DNA of 64,000 nucleotides, taken from contig JAUNEN010000001.1 in assembly GCA_030525525.1 (NCBI GenBank), forward strand, positions 30,934 to 94,933. The letters run 5' to 3'. Below the pieces are notes generated by a model, which ran no database searches, had not been told where the DNA came from, and saw nothing but the letters and a program-made list of their open reading frames with translations. Each line of letters opens with the position of its first letter. Position 1 is the first letter of the stretch. The position numbers and the translations under genes are program-made. Source of the stretch: Erysipelotrichaceae bacterium (lineage in GTDB: Bacteria > Bacillota_I > Bacilli_A > Erysipelotrichales > Erysipelotrichaceae). Of the stretch, positions 44,685 through 54,309 are shown piece after piece.

Positions 44685-46041
44685 AGTCTTCACCTTCTGC
44701 TTTCTTCATAGACGGCTTTTTATTCATACTCATGCATGTCAGCATATACAGAACTGCAATCATCAATACTTCCGGAAAGGATTCTTTTGTATTCCAGTAC
44801 AGAAGCATACCGGAAAACAGAATCAGGATGAGAAACAGATACTGCACAAGACCATAGAGATGATCCGATGAATCTTCTTTTTCTCTTAACAGAAGCGGAA
44901 GAAGCACATACAAAGCCGCAAGCGAACTTGCATAGATTCCTGCATGCAGCGGATTGATCACAAGCGCAAGAACCAGCTGCAAAGCTGAAACTGCCATACC
45001 TGATGCATGTTCTGTTTCTTTTCTTTCTTTTCCTGCTTCAGCTCTTCTTGAACAAATGTAAAAGAAAGATGCACCAAGAGCGCATAACGGAATCAGAATT
45101 TTAATTGCATTGAGCGAAATCAAAGTCCGGTAGGAAAGGATATTGCGGATTCCATAGGCACATAAGACAAACGAAAGACTCAGGAAAATCAATGAGCTAC
45201 TGCGCATCAGAGCGGCTTTCAGATCCGCTTTTTCTTCTGCTTTTCTGATTCCGGCGATCTGACTTTCCTCTTCCGGTTTATATGCTTCAATCTTTTCCAA
45301 TGAATGAAGATCCCTTCTGAGTCTCAGAATTTCACGGTTCTGTTTTTCATGATGAGACAGTATATCCATCCAGATGAACATGATCATAATGAGCCCGTAC
45401 AGTCCCAGCGACTGCCTGTTCAGCAGAACCATGCCGGTCAAAAGAATGACTGCGGCAGATAAATTCAGAAATCCGCTCATCGCCGACAGCTTTGTCACAA
45501 AGCTTTTTTCTGATTTCACATTGAGGCGGGAGAGCTTATAAACCGCAAAGTCATAAACTGCAACTGCCCCAAGGGTTAACAGACCGCATCTGACATCAAG
45601 CAGGAAAACCGCAGCGATGTGCAGGATATCTTCAATCAGCAGTGTGATTTTTCCAAGCTCCCCTTCTGTTTCAAAATGAACTGCATCAAGAAAGAGTGAA
45701 TGCAGACTGTCATCATATTCTTCTGCCTCTTTGTCAAGAACGCTTTCTTCAAGTGTCTCTAAGGAGATTTCTTTAATTTCTGTTTTCTTCTGATTTCTGA
45801 TCAGAGTGAACAGGAATTTGCCAAGCATCGCACCGCCCGCCGCCAGGAAAATAATCAGCGTGACAGCCATGTTTCCGATACCGGCAAACAGCATGTTGAG
45901 AAACAGACCTGCCGCATAGTACATCACAAGTTCAGTAAGCACAATGACCGCAGTCATGATATGGAAAAGGATCGCTGTCCTTTTTGTTTTTTCGTGTACA
46001 AGAGTACGGATTGAATTCTGCATATCTGATATTATAGCCAA
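44677..46041 (-). CDS. Uncharacterised polytopic membrane protein
   Basis: 454-aa ORF with about 10-12 hydrophobic segments in two blocks; overlaps the DUF1294 start; no NBD motifs. Confidence 0.65.
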   Translation of the reverse strand: MAIISDMQNSIRTLVHEKTKRTAILFHIMTAVIVLTELVMYYAAGLFLNMLFAGIGNMAVTLIIFLAAGGAMLGKFLFTLIRNQKKTEIKEISLETLEESVLDKEAEEYDDSLHSLFLDAVHFETEGELGKITLLIEDILHIAAVFLLDVRCGLLTLGAVAVYDFAVYKLSRLNVKSEKSFVTKLSAMSGFLNLSAAVILLTGMVLLNRQSLGLYGLIMIMFIWMDILSHHEKQNREILRLRRDLHSLEKIEAYKPEEESQIAGIRKAEEKADLKAALMRSSSLIFLSLSFVLCAYGIRNILSYRTLISLNAIKILIPLCALGASFFYICSRRAEAGKERKETEHASGMAVSALQLVLALVINPLHAGIYASSLAALYVLLPLLLREKEDSSDHLYGLVQYLFLILILFSGMLLYWNTKESFPEVLMIAVLYMLTCMSMNKKPSMKKAEGEDYE

Positions 46042-46098
46042 TCTGATTGAATCTTCGTTATAATTAATTCAATCTTGAACTAGGGAGGAAAAATCAAA

Positions 46099-47511
46099 AT
46101 GAGCAGATTCCCGGAAAATTTCCTTTGGGGTGCTTCTTCATCAGCTTTCCAGATTGAAGGCGGTTGGGATGAAGGCGGCAAAGGAATGACTGTTGCAGAC
46201 TACAATTCTTTCAAACGCTCCGACCGTCAGGCCGACTCCAAAGTCGCTTCTGATTTCTACCATCATTACAGAGAAGACATTGCCTTAATGAAAGAAATGG
46301 GAATGCAGATCTACCGTTTCTCCATCTCATGGGCAAGAATCATACCGGATGGCGATGGGGATGTGAATCCGGAAGGAGTTTCCTTCTATCACAATGTCAT
46401 TGACTGTCTGATTGAAAACGGCATTCAGCCTTTTGTGACGCTTTATCATTTCGATCTGCCCTATGCGCTTGTTGAAAAATATAACGGCTGGGAAGACCGC
46501 CGCTGTATCGATGCATTTGAAAAATACGCCCGCGTCTGCTTTGAAGAATATGGTGCACAGGTCAAATACTGGCAGGTCATCAATGAACAGAATCTGATGA
46601 TCCGTGTTGATGAAAGAATGAATATCAATGAGCCGGATCCTTATAAAGCAGACAGAATCCGTGCCGCCATGGATTACCATATGTTCCTGGCGCATGCAAA
46701 AGCTGTGAAGCTCTGCCATGAGATCATCCCTGACGGAAAGATCGGCCCTGCAGTTTCAAGCACCTGCACATATCCTTTAACCAACAAGCCGGAAGATGTA
46801 TGGGCAGCGAAGATGAATGACTACATGAAGACCGTATACTGCCTCGATATGCATGTTTACGGAAAGTATTCAGGCATCTATATGCGCTATCTGAAAGAGC
46901 GTGATATCGTTCCCGAAATGCTTGAAGGCGATGAAGAAATCCTGAAATACGGAAAGCCGGATTACATTGCCCTCAATTACTACCGCACATTATGTGCAAG
47001 CTGGCTGCCTGCTGATGAAGAACATCCGGTCGGTATGCGTGTGTACCGCGGCAATGAGGTCGACTTTGATCAGTACGGTTACTGCCGTGATGAAAGAAAT
47101 ACAAATCTTGCAGCGAGTGAATATGGGGCACAGATTGATCCGATGGGATTAAGAATCGTTCTCAATGATTATTACAGCAGATATCATCTGCCTCTGCTGA
47201 TCACGGAAAACGGACTCGGCATGGCTGATACACTGACGGAAGACGGAAAGGTTCATGATGACTACCGCATCGACTACATCCGTGAACACATCAAAGCATG
47301 CGCACTGGCTATTGAGGATGGTGTTGAGCTGATGGGCTATTCACCATGGTCATTTGAAGATCTGCTCTCCTCTCATCAGGGTTTCCGCAAGCGTTATGGC
47401 TTTGTCTATATCAACCGTGAAGATATGGACCTCAAAGATCTGGCCCGCATTAAAAAAGATTCCTTCTACTGGTATCAGAATGTGATCCGTACCAATGGTG
47501 AAGAACTGTAA
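46099..47511 (+). CDS. Glycoside hydrolase family 1 (likely 6-phospho-beta-glucosidase)
   Basis: FLWGASSSAFQIEG, RFSISWARI, TLYHFDLP, INEQN (acid/base), ITENG (nucleophile), KRYGFVY. Confidence 0.93.
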   Translation: MSRFPENFLWGASSSAFQIEGGWDEGGKGMTVADYNSFKRSDRQADSKVASDFYHHYREDIALMKEMGMQIYRFSISWARIIPDGDGDVNPEGVSFYHNVIDCLIENGIQPFVTLYHFDLPYALVEKYNGWEDRRCIDAFEKYARVCFEEYGAQVKYWQVINEQNLMIRVDERMNINEPDPYKADRIRAAMDYHMFLAHAKAVKLCHEIIPDGKIGPAVSSTCTYPLTNKPEDVWAAKMNDYMKTVYCLDMHVYGKYSGIYMRYLKERDIVPEMLEGDEEILKYGKPDYIALNYYRTLCASWLPADEEHPVGMRVYRGNEVDFDQYGYCRDERNTNLAASEYGAQIDPMGLRIVLNDYYSRYHLPLLITENGLGMADTLTEDGKVHDDYRIDYIREHIKACALAIEDGVELMGYSPWSFEDLLSSHQGFRKRYGFVYINREDMDLKDLARIKKDSFYWYQNVIRTNGEEL

Positions 47512-47706
47512 TCAGCGAAAAAGAAATGGATCTCCTGCAGGCTTTCAGTGAATATCTGTATCCCGAAACAGGTGACAGATTTCATTTCCTCTCACAGCGT
47601 CATCGTACAGACAGTTTCTGAAGATTTAAAAATGATTCCGTTTCACACAGAATCATTCTGAATCTCAAAAATCTGATTGAATGCCTTTCATGATAAGAAA
47701 ACCTGA

Positions 47707-49068
47707 TCATGAGAGGCTTTTTTGCATCTGTTTTTCTTTCTTTGCCGCAAATACATACAGATAGATGATGCACAGAATCGTCTGCACAAGGCTTGAGGCA
47801 GGTGTCGCCAGTCCGACTTTGAACAGCGAAACCGGCTTGATTCTGCTCATCATGAAGGAGACAGGAATTCTGACGCCGAAAGCACCGATGATACTCTGTG
47901 CCATGACAAATTTTGTATAGCCGCAGCCGTTGAAATATCCGTTGAAACAGAAGAAGAAAGCTGTCAGAAGGCAGTCAATCGCATATGCTTTGAGATATTC
48001 CCAGCCCTGTACGACAACTTCGGGATCTTTTGAGAAAATGCCGCAGAGCAGATCGCCATGGAAGAATGAGAGCCAGCCCATGGCAATTCCGAAGATCAGT
48101 GACACACAGATTCCGGTTCTCAATGCCTGACGGGCACGGTCCATCCTGCCGGCGCCATAGTTCTGGGCGACAAAGGAAGCCATGGACTGTCCGAAGGCGC
48201 TGGGCACAAGCATAATGAATCCGCATACCTTTTCAGCAACTCCCATACCCGCACTTGCCATCAGTCCGAGTGAATTGACAATCGCAAGGATGATCAGAAA
48301 GCTCATCCCGACAAGCAGATCCGCCAAAGCAATCGGGAAGCCGAAGCCGGTGATCTTTCTGACAATGTCCATATTCATGCGGATCATGTTTTTTCTGAAT
48401 GTAAAAGGAAGCTCGATCCGCTGAATCATAAACAGTGAAAGCAGAACACTGAATGCCTGGGCTGCCACCGTTGCATACGCCGCACCTGATGCACCGAGAT
48501 GGAAATTGTTGACGAGAATATAGTCAAAGACAATATTGAACACAGCTGCCGCAGCCACTGCAAATAACGGAATTCTCGAATTGCCGAGTCCCCTGAACAG
48601 TGCCCCGAGCAGATTGTATGCCGTGATGAAGAGAAAACCGGCAGAGCAGATTCTGATATAGCTGACTGATTGGGTGAAAGCTTCAGCCGGCGCATTCATG
48701 AGATTTGCCAGAAACGAAGCACCGGGCACCATCACAAACGACAGCAATACCGCCACGCCTGCGAAAAAGGCAATTGATGTGCCGACCGCATTCCCCGCTC
48801 CTTCCGTATCGTTTTTTCCGAGCAGCTGGCCGATCAGAATGGTTGTACCCATGGAAAGACCAGCAATCACGCTTGTGGCAGTCATCATGATCTGCGCACC
48901 TGTGGAAACAGCCGAGACATCCGCACTACTCGCAAAGCGGCCGACAATCAGCACGTCCACAGCACCGTATAACGACTGCAGAAACATTGCAAAGACGACG
49001 GGAAGTGCAAACTTCAGAAGCTGTTTCAGAATATTTCCTTCTGTAAAATTACCTGATGCCATATTCAA
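47707..49068 (-). CDS. MATE family efflux transporter
   Basis: FALP...LQSLYGAVD..IVG, FRGLGNS..P, FNIVFD, GAAYAT two-repeat MATE pattern. Confidence 0.9.
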   Translation of the reverse strand: MNMASGNFTEGNILKQLLKFALPVVFAMFLQSLYGAVDVLIVGRFASSADVSAVSTGAQIMMTATSVIAGLSMGTTILIGQLLGKNDTEGAGNAVGTSIAFFAGVAVLLSFVMVPGASFLANLMNAPAEAFTQSVSYIRICSAGFLFITAYNLLGALFRGLGNSRIPLFAVAAAAVFNIVFDYILVNNFHLGASGAAYATVAAQAFSVLLSLFMIQRIELPFTFRKNMIRMNMDIVRKITGFGFPIALADLLVGMSFLIILAIVNSLGLMASAGMGVAEKVCGFIMLVPSAFGQSMASFVAQNYGAGRMDRARQALRTGICVSLIFGIAMGWLSFFHGDLLCGIFSKDPEVVVQGWEYLKAYAIDCLLTAFFFCFNGYFNGCGYTKFVMAQSIIGAFGVRIPVSFMMSRIKPVSLFKVGLATPASSLVQTILCIIYLYVFAAKKEKQMQKSLS

Positions 49069-49081
49069 ACCTCTTGTAATG

Positions 49082-49110
49082 AAAACCGGCCCGCGTGTGC
49101 GAACCGGTAA
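49082..49110 (-). terminator. Terminator after gdhA
   Basis: ACCGGTTCGC-ACAC-GCGGGCCGGT-TTTC on the minus strand. Confidence 0.6.
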
Positions 49111-49147
49111 ACCGTATTTATGTTATCAGTTTAATTCTGAAAGTCAA

Positions 49148-50494
49148 TCAGAACAGACCCTGAGCGAGCATTGCTGTAGCGACCTTGAGGAAGCCGGCAA
49201 TGTTGGCGCCCTTGACCAGATCATATCCGAGGCCATACTCTTCAGCACATGCGGCAGAGTTGTCATGGATGGACTTCATGATCTGCTTCAGTTTTGCATC
49301 AACTTCTTCAGCTGTCCAGCCGATTCTTTCGGAGTTCTGGCTCATTTCGAGTGCGGATACAGCAACACCGCCTGCGTTTGCAGCCTTTGCCGGTCCGACG
49401 ATGACGCCGTTGTCCTGCAGATACTTGACAGCTTCGTTTGTTGCAGGCATGTTTGCACCTTCGAAGTAGTACTTCACGCCGTTGGCAACGATCTTCTTTG
49501 CTTCTTCCATGCCGATTTCATTCTGGGTTGCGCATGGAATGCAGACATCAACCTTGACACCCCAGGGCTTTTCGCCTTCATGATATTCACATCCGAACTT
49601 TTCGGCATACATCTTGATGTTTGCCTTTCTGCTTGAACGCATTTCGAGCAGGTAGTTCAACTTTTCTTCTGTTGTGATTCCTTCCGGATCATAGACATAG
49701 CCGTTGTGGCCGGAGATTGTAACAACCTTGCCTCCGAGTTCAGCGATCTTCTTCGCTGCACCCCAAGCAACGTTGCCGTATCCGGACAGAGCGAATGTCT
49801 TGCCTGCTGGTGTATCGTTTTCATGTTCGAAGACTGAGCATGCATAGTACAGAACGCCATAGCCTGTAGCTTCCGGACGGATCAGGGAGCCGCCGTATGT
49901 CAGGCCCTTGCCTGTGAGAACGCCGTTGTCATAAGCATCGCGGATTCTTCTGTACTGACCGAACATATAGCCGATTTCTCTTCCGCCGACACCGATGTCA
50001 CCTGCCGGAACGTCTGTGGACGGACCGATGTGACGCTGCAGTTCTGTCATGAATGCCTGGCAGAAACGCATGATTTCATTGTCGCTCTTTCCGTGAGGAT
50101 CGAAATCACTTCCGCCTTTGCCGCCGCCGATCGGCAGTGTTGTCAGGCTGTTCTTGAAAATCTGTTCAAATCCGAGGAACTTGAGAATGCCGAGGTTGAC
50201 TGACGGGTGGAATCTTAAGCCTCCCTTGTACGGACCGATTGCTCCGTTGAACTGTACACGGTAGCCTCTGTTGACGCGTGCCTTGCCTTCATCATCGACC
50301 CAGGCAACACGGAACTCAATGACACGCTCCGGTTCAACCAGTCTTTCCAGAAGTGCAGCAGCTTCGTATTCAGGATGTCTTTCAACAACCGGTTCGATCG
50401 AAGTCAGAACTTCTGTAACTGTCTGCAGGAATTCAGGCTCATTCGGGTTCTTTGCCTTTGTTTCTTCAATAACTCTCTTTACATAGTCGCTCAT
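49148..50494 (-). CDS. gdhA: NADP-specific glutamate dehydrogenase
   Basis: GPYKGGLRFHP, KNSLTTLP.GGGKGG, DVPAGDIGVG, RPEATGYG, KAANAGGV. Confidence 0.95.
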   Translation of the reverse strand: MSDYVKRVIEETKAKNPNEPEFLQTVTEVLTSIEPVVERHPEYEAAALLERLVEPERVIEFRVAWVDDEGKARVNRGYRVQFNGAIGPYKGGLRFHPSVNLGILKFLGFEQIFKNSLTTLPIGGGKGGSDFDPHGKSDNEIMRFCQAFMTELQRHIGPSTDVPAGDIGVGGREIGYMFGQYRRIRDAYDNGVLTGKGLTYGGSLIRPEATGYGVLYYACSVFEHENDTPAGKTFALSGYGNVAWGAAKKIAELGGKVVTISGHNGYVYDPEGITTEEKLNYLLEMRSSRKANIKMYAEKFGCEYHEGEKPWGVKVDVCIPCATQNEIGMEEAKKIVANGVKYYFEGANMPATNEAVKYLQDNGVIVGPAKAANAGGVAVSALEMSQNSERIGWTAEEVDAKLKQIMKSIHDNSAACAEEYGLGYDLVKGANIAGFLKVATAMLAQGLF

Positions 50495-50741
50495 GATTTT
50501 TCTCCTCCATCTAATTGATGCAACTGTTGTTTGTTTTTACAGCACCTCTTGCATGTGCTTCTGCGGGATTTCTGTCCGGTATTCTGCATACCATCAAGAC
50601 TCGGTTATTTTACTACTTTAAAGTGTTGATGAAAAGCGTTTCAGCCAATGTAAATTGTTACATTTCACTGTTTTCACTTCAAGACAGGACATTTTGCACT
50701 CAAAAAGCTGTACGCCTGCATGCATACAGCTCTCTTTCGAC

Positions 50742-51980
50742 TCAATCGATGACGAATGATCCGTTTCTGAAGACGGGAATCACTTCATTTTCATATGTGA
50801 TTCCGTCAATATTCATATCCGCTGTTCCGAACATGAAGTCTTCGTGCTGAAGCGAGCAGTTGCCGCCTTTTGCACGCAGCTCTTCTTCGCTCATATCAAC
50901 GCCGCCTTCAATATTTTCCGGATAGCATCTTCCCAGCGCAAGATGACAGGAAGCATTTTCATCATAGAGTGTGTTATAGAACAGAACGCCGCTCTGCGAG
51001 ATCTTGGATCCATGCGGAACAAGCGCAACTTCGCCAAGACGTCTGCTGCCTTCATCAAAATCAAGAAGAATGGTTAAAGCTTCCTCATTCTTTTCGGCAT
51101 GATGTTCAATGACTTTTCCTTCTTCAAAAACAAGACGGAAGTTTTCAATCAGCACGCCGTTATAGGAAAGCGGTCTTGAACTGACAACCGTTCCGTGCAC
51201 CTTTTCGCAATGCGGCATGCAGAAGACTTCTTCAGTCGGAATATTCGGATCGAAATAAACACCTGCCGGAGTTTTGCAGCCGCCGCCGACCCAGATATGC
51301 CTTTCGGTTAACGGCACATAAAGATCGGTGCCCAGGCTGTTTGTAAAATGAAGTTCTCTGAAATTGAAAGCCGTCATCTTTTCGGCATGTCTGATCAGTT
51401 CTTCATCATGTTCACGCCACCATTCAACCGGATCATTGTCTTCACTGACACCTGATACTTCAAACAGCACATCCTCAAGTTTTTCAAATGCTTCATCTTC
51501 ATTTAGATCAGGGAATACAACCTTTGCCCATTCCTTTGAAGCAACGCCCAGTACGCACCACTGTCCCTGGTTGTTGGATGTATATGCCGAAAGATCTCCC
51601 ATCTTCTCGTGATATGCCTTCTGATAGGCTCTGATTTTGGAAGAAGGAATATCTTTTAAAGCACCCGGCATATCGGAAAGGATTGAGAGATAGCAGCCTT
51701 TTGCATCATGGACAGCCTGCTCTCGATCACGAAGCCAGTCGCCGATTTCGGAAAGTGTTTCTTCACTCTGATTCAGATAATCGAGTTTTGTGATCTTCTG
51801 ATCGCGCCATCTGACATCGACTGACTTTGCGCCTGCCTGATATGCTTCTTCAACGATCATTTCAACAAATGCATGATCTCTGACATCAGCACGTATGACA
51901 AGCGGCTGACCGTTCTGTACATTGACGCCTCTCACAACGGCAAGACGCGCAAATTTGCGGTAAAGGTTTTCTTTTCTCAT
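50742..51980 (-). CDS. M29 family aminopeptidase (AmpS/PepS-like)
   Basis: GVNVQ.GQ, PNIPTEEVF, LGEVALV, LYDENASCHLALG, SLQHEDFM. Confidence 0.9.
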   Translation of the reverse strand: MRKENLYRKFARLAVVRGVNVQNGQPLVIRADVRDHAFVEMIVEEAYQAGAKSVDVRWRDQKITKLDYLNQSEETLSEIGDWLRDREQAVHDAKGCYLSILSDMPGALKDIPSSKIRAYQKAYHEKMGDLSAYTSNNQGQWCVLGVASKEWAKVVFPDLNEDEAFEKLEDVLFEVSGVSEDNDPVEWWREHDEELIRHAEKMTAFNFRELHFTNSLGTDLYVPLTERHIWVGGGCKTPAGVYFDPNIPTEEVFCMPHCEKVHGTVVSSRPLSYNGVLIENFRLVFEEGKVIEHHAEKNEEALTILLDFDEGSRRLGEVALVPHGSKISQSGVLFYNTLYDENASCHLALGRCYPENIEGGVDMSEEELRAKGGNCSLQHEDFMFGTADMNIDGITYENEVIPVFRNGSFVID

Positions 51981-53230
51981 TCCGTATCCTCCTTCAGGAT
52001 GAATTCTCTCCGGTAACCTTCAAGGCTTTTGATTGATGTGATATATTCACGTGACAAATAGAACGGATACGGTCCGAACGGATTGATCACGATTCCGTCA
52101 TATCCTTTATTCAGCATTTCACTGGCCTGCTGGAAATCCATGATCAGCGCCAGTGATTTTTCGTCTTCCATCACATTTGCATATCTGCTTAATGTACTCC
52201 AGTCGGTAAATACCGGGAAAACCGTTTCATCCGGATCGCGCGATGTGCTGACTGCCTGAAACATGACATTGTGCGAACCGTTCATCGCTTCCGTGATGTC
52301 ACCGCTGTTTGCATCGGGATCATCGCATTTGGCGGCAGTCAGATAATGACCGTGCACAATCTCATAAATGAGTGCACTCATGAATCTGTTGTCTTCCAGA
52401 TGAGCTCCGTATACACTGAGCAATCCCGAAATTCTCGGGTTTTCGGCCACCGCCATATGATACGGGAAATTGACTGATCGCACATTGGAAAGAACCGTAT
52501 GTTCTTCATAAACCGGTGCGATGCCGTTTCTGTCTTCCGGAATATAGATGACTGCTTCCCCGTCAAAGACTCTGCCTGCCCGTTTTCCGGAAGCATAGAG
52601 TTTTGTGATTCTGACTTTCTTCTTTTCATCCTGTCCGCCGTATACATAAGCATAATCCCCGCGGTGCAGTTCCCCGCTCACAACTCCTCTTAACGATCCG
52701 TCTTCAAGAATCTCTTCGACTTCAAAGGTGAATCTTCTTTTTTTGGAAAGGCTGTTCTTTTTCAGCACTCTTGAGATCTGTCTGTTTCTCGGAATGAAGC
52801 GGTGATAGTTCTGCAGATAAAGATATCCTGCCGCAAGAATTGCGATGGTGAGAATTGCCGGAGAAACATTCCGGCTGCTTGAAAGCAATGAAGTTCTTCC
52901 GGTTTCATGTGTATAGATCATCGCAAATAAAACTGTCGCAACAAGAGATGCGAACAGTGTATTCATCGGCCATCTGCCCATGAACAGATTCTTCTGAACG
53001 ATTCCTTCCCCTTCATCAAATCCGCGGTTGAGCTTGATAATCGCCAGCATGCAGAGAAACATCACGCCGACTGACATACCGGCAATCACGCCTGCAGCAG
53101 GAACTGACAGCTCGCCTCTGCCTGCATCGATGAAAGCAGATACATCAAGAATGATGCAAATGACAAAGACTGTTCCGGCGATCAGTCCGGCTGATAAACA
53201 CAGTGATTTTTTCAACAATTTATTCATCAC
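51977..53230 (-). CDS. 4-TM membrane protein with beta-barrel middle region and C-terminal SseB-like domain
   Basis: Four hydrophobic helices; FPVFTDW...GIVINPFG SseB-type motifs; ATGA overlap with the aminopeptidase gene. Confidence 0.7.
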   Translation of the reverse strand: MMNKLLKKSLCLSAGLIAGTVFVICIILDVSAFIDAGRGELSVPAAGVIAGMSVGVMFLCMLAIIKLNRGFDEGEGIVQKNLFMGRWPMNTLFASLVATVLFAMIYTHETGRTSLLSSSRNVSPAILTIAILAAGYLYLQNYHRFIPRNRQISRVLKKNSLSKKRRFTFEVEEILEDGSLRGVVSGELHRGDYAYVYGGQDEKKKVRITKLYASGKRAGRVFDGEAVIYIPEDRNGIAPVYEEHTVLSNVRSVNFPYHMAVAENPRISGLLSVYGAHLEDNRFMSALIYEIVHGHYLTAAKCDDPDANSGDITEAMNGSHNVMFQAVSTSRDPDETVFPVFTDWSTLSRYANVMEDEKSLALIMDFQQASEMLNKGYDGIVINPFGPYPFYLSREYITSIKSLEGYRREFILKEDTE

Positions 53231-53312
53231 TAGAAGTATAGCAGAGTTTTATAATCATGCCTGCCAATGAACCTTAAAATCAAAATCTTAAAAAATCACT
53301 TTCCTGCAGCCG

Positions 53313-54161
53313 TCACCAGCCAAGCGCACTGATCCATTTTTCAAAGAGGAAGCGGCCTGCCCCATCCTCATCGCAGCTGTATTCCGTCACTTCATCTGCC
53401 GCCTTCTTCATTGTCTCAGAACCGTTTGCCATGGCAATTCCGATGCCGCATTCCCTCATGAGTCCAAGATCATTATCCATATCACCCATGCACACAATAT
53501 CAGATACAGCAATCTTAGAAAGCTTTGAGAATACCTTAACGCCTTCTCCCTTGTTGCAGTTTTTATGAATGATTTCAACAATTCCCGGGAATGTGTTCAC
53601 GGATGTATAGACCACATCGGGATGGGAGGACAGATAATCCGCAATATGATTCATCACCGCTTCTTTGTTTTCTTCATAATAGCGGTAGATCACCGTATGA
53701 ACCGGGTTCACACAGAGACGGTCATAATCTCCATGCGTATCAATGATTTCCATATGATTGCGTTTCATGGATGCGGCCTGCATGGCATCGATTGCGGTGG
53801 CAACCATATGATCTCCTTCGTAGACCGAAGCGATCAGCCCTGTCGGTTTCATCCATCCCATGATTTCTTTCAGTGTCTCGGGAGAAAGTGCATACTGTGA
53901 AACAAATTCATTTGAAGCAGTCATCTCCACCTCACCGCCGTTCATTCCGATCAGCACATCCGGCGCAAATGAAAGTCCCCATTCCGAAAATCTGTTTCTT
54001 AAAGACGTATTGATGACTCTTCCTGAGGCAATGCCAAGCTGAATGCCATGTTCATGCAGAATCTGAAGTGCTTTGATCGTCTTAGGTCCGGGAAGGTTAC
54101 CTTTTGTGACAAGCGTGCCGTCAATATCGGCAATGAATGCTTTCATATTTTCAAAATTCAT
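53313..54161 (-). CDS. Cof-type HAD-IIB hydrolase
   Basis: DIDGTL, IASGR, NKG, GDMDND, AMANG. Confidence 0.9.
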   Translation of the reverse strand: MNFENMKAFIADIDGTLVTKGNLPGPKTIKALQILHEHGIQLGIASGRVINTSLRNRFSEWGLSFAPDVLIGMNGGEVEMTASNEFVSQYALSPETLKEIMGWMKPTGLIASVYEGDHMVATAIDAMQAASMKRNHMEIIDTHGDYDRLCVNPVHTVIYRYYEENKEAVMNHIADYLSSHPDVVYTSVNTFPGIVEIIHKNCNKGEGVKVFSKLSKIAVSDIVCMGDMDNDLGLMRECGIGIAMANGSETMKKAADEVTEYSCDEDGAGRFLFEKWISALGW

Positions 54162-54309
54162 ATGTATTTTTTCCTTTTCTGCCGCTTTCTATCATACATG
54201 CCATACCGTTAAATGCATATGCTTTCAAAGCTTGTGTAAGATCATTAAACAGAAAAAATATGCATTATCGTCTATAATTGAAACGTATCTGAGAAAGAGG
54301 AAACCCAAG

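Noticed and set aside
47512-47706. Weak inverted repeats between the convergent GH1 and MATE genes
   Set aside because: Imperfect stems consistent with terminators; no repeated unit elsewhere and no ORF.
54073-54309. 79-aa N-terminal extension of the MATE ORF
   Set aside because: Overlaps the divergent Cof gene and the intergenic promoter; MATE similarity begins at MSETASY (54310).
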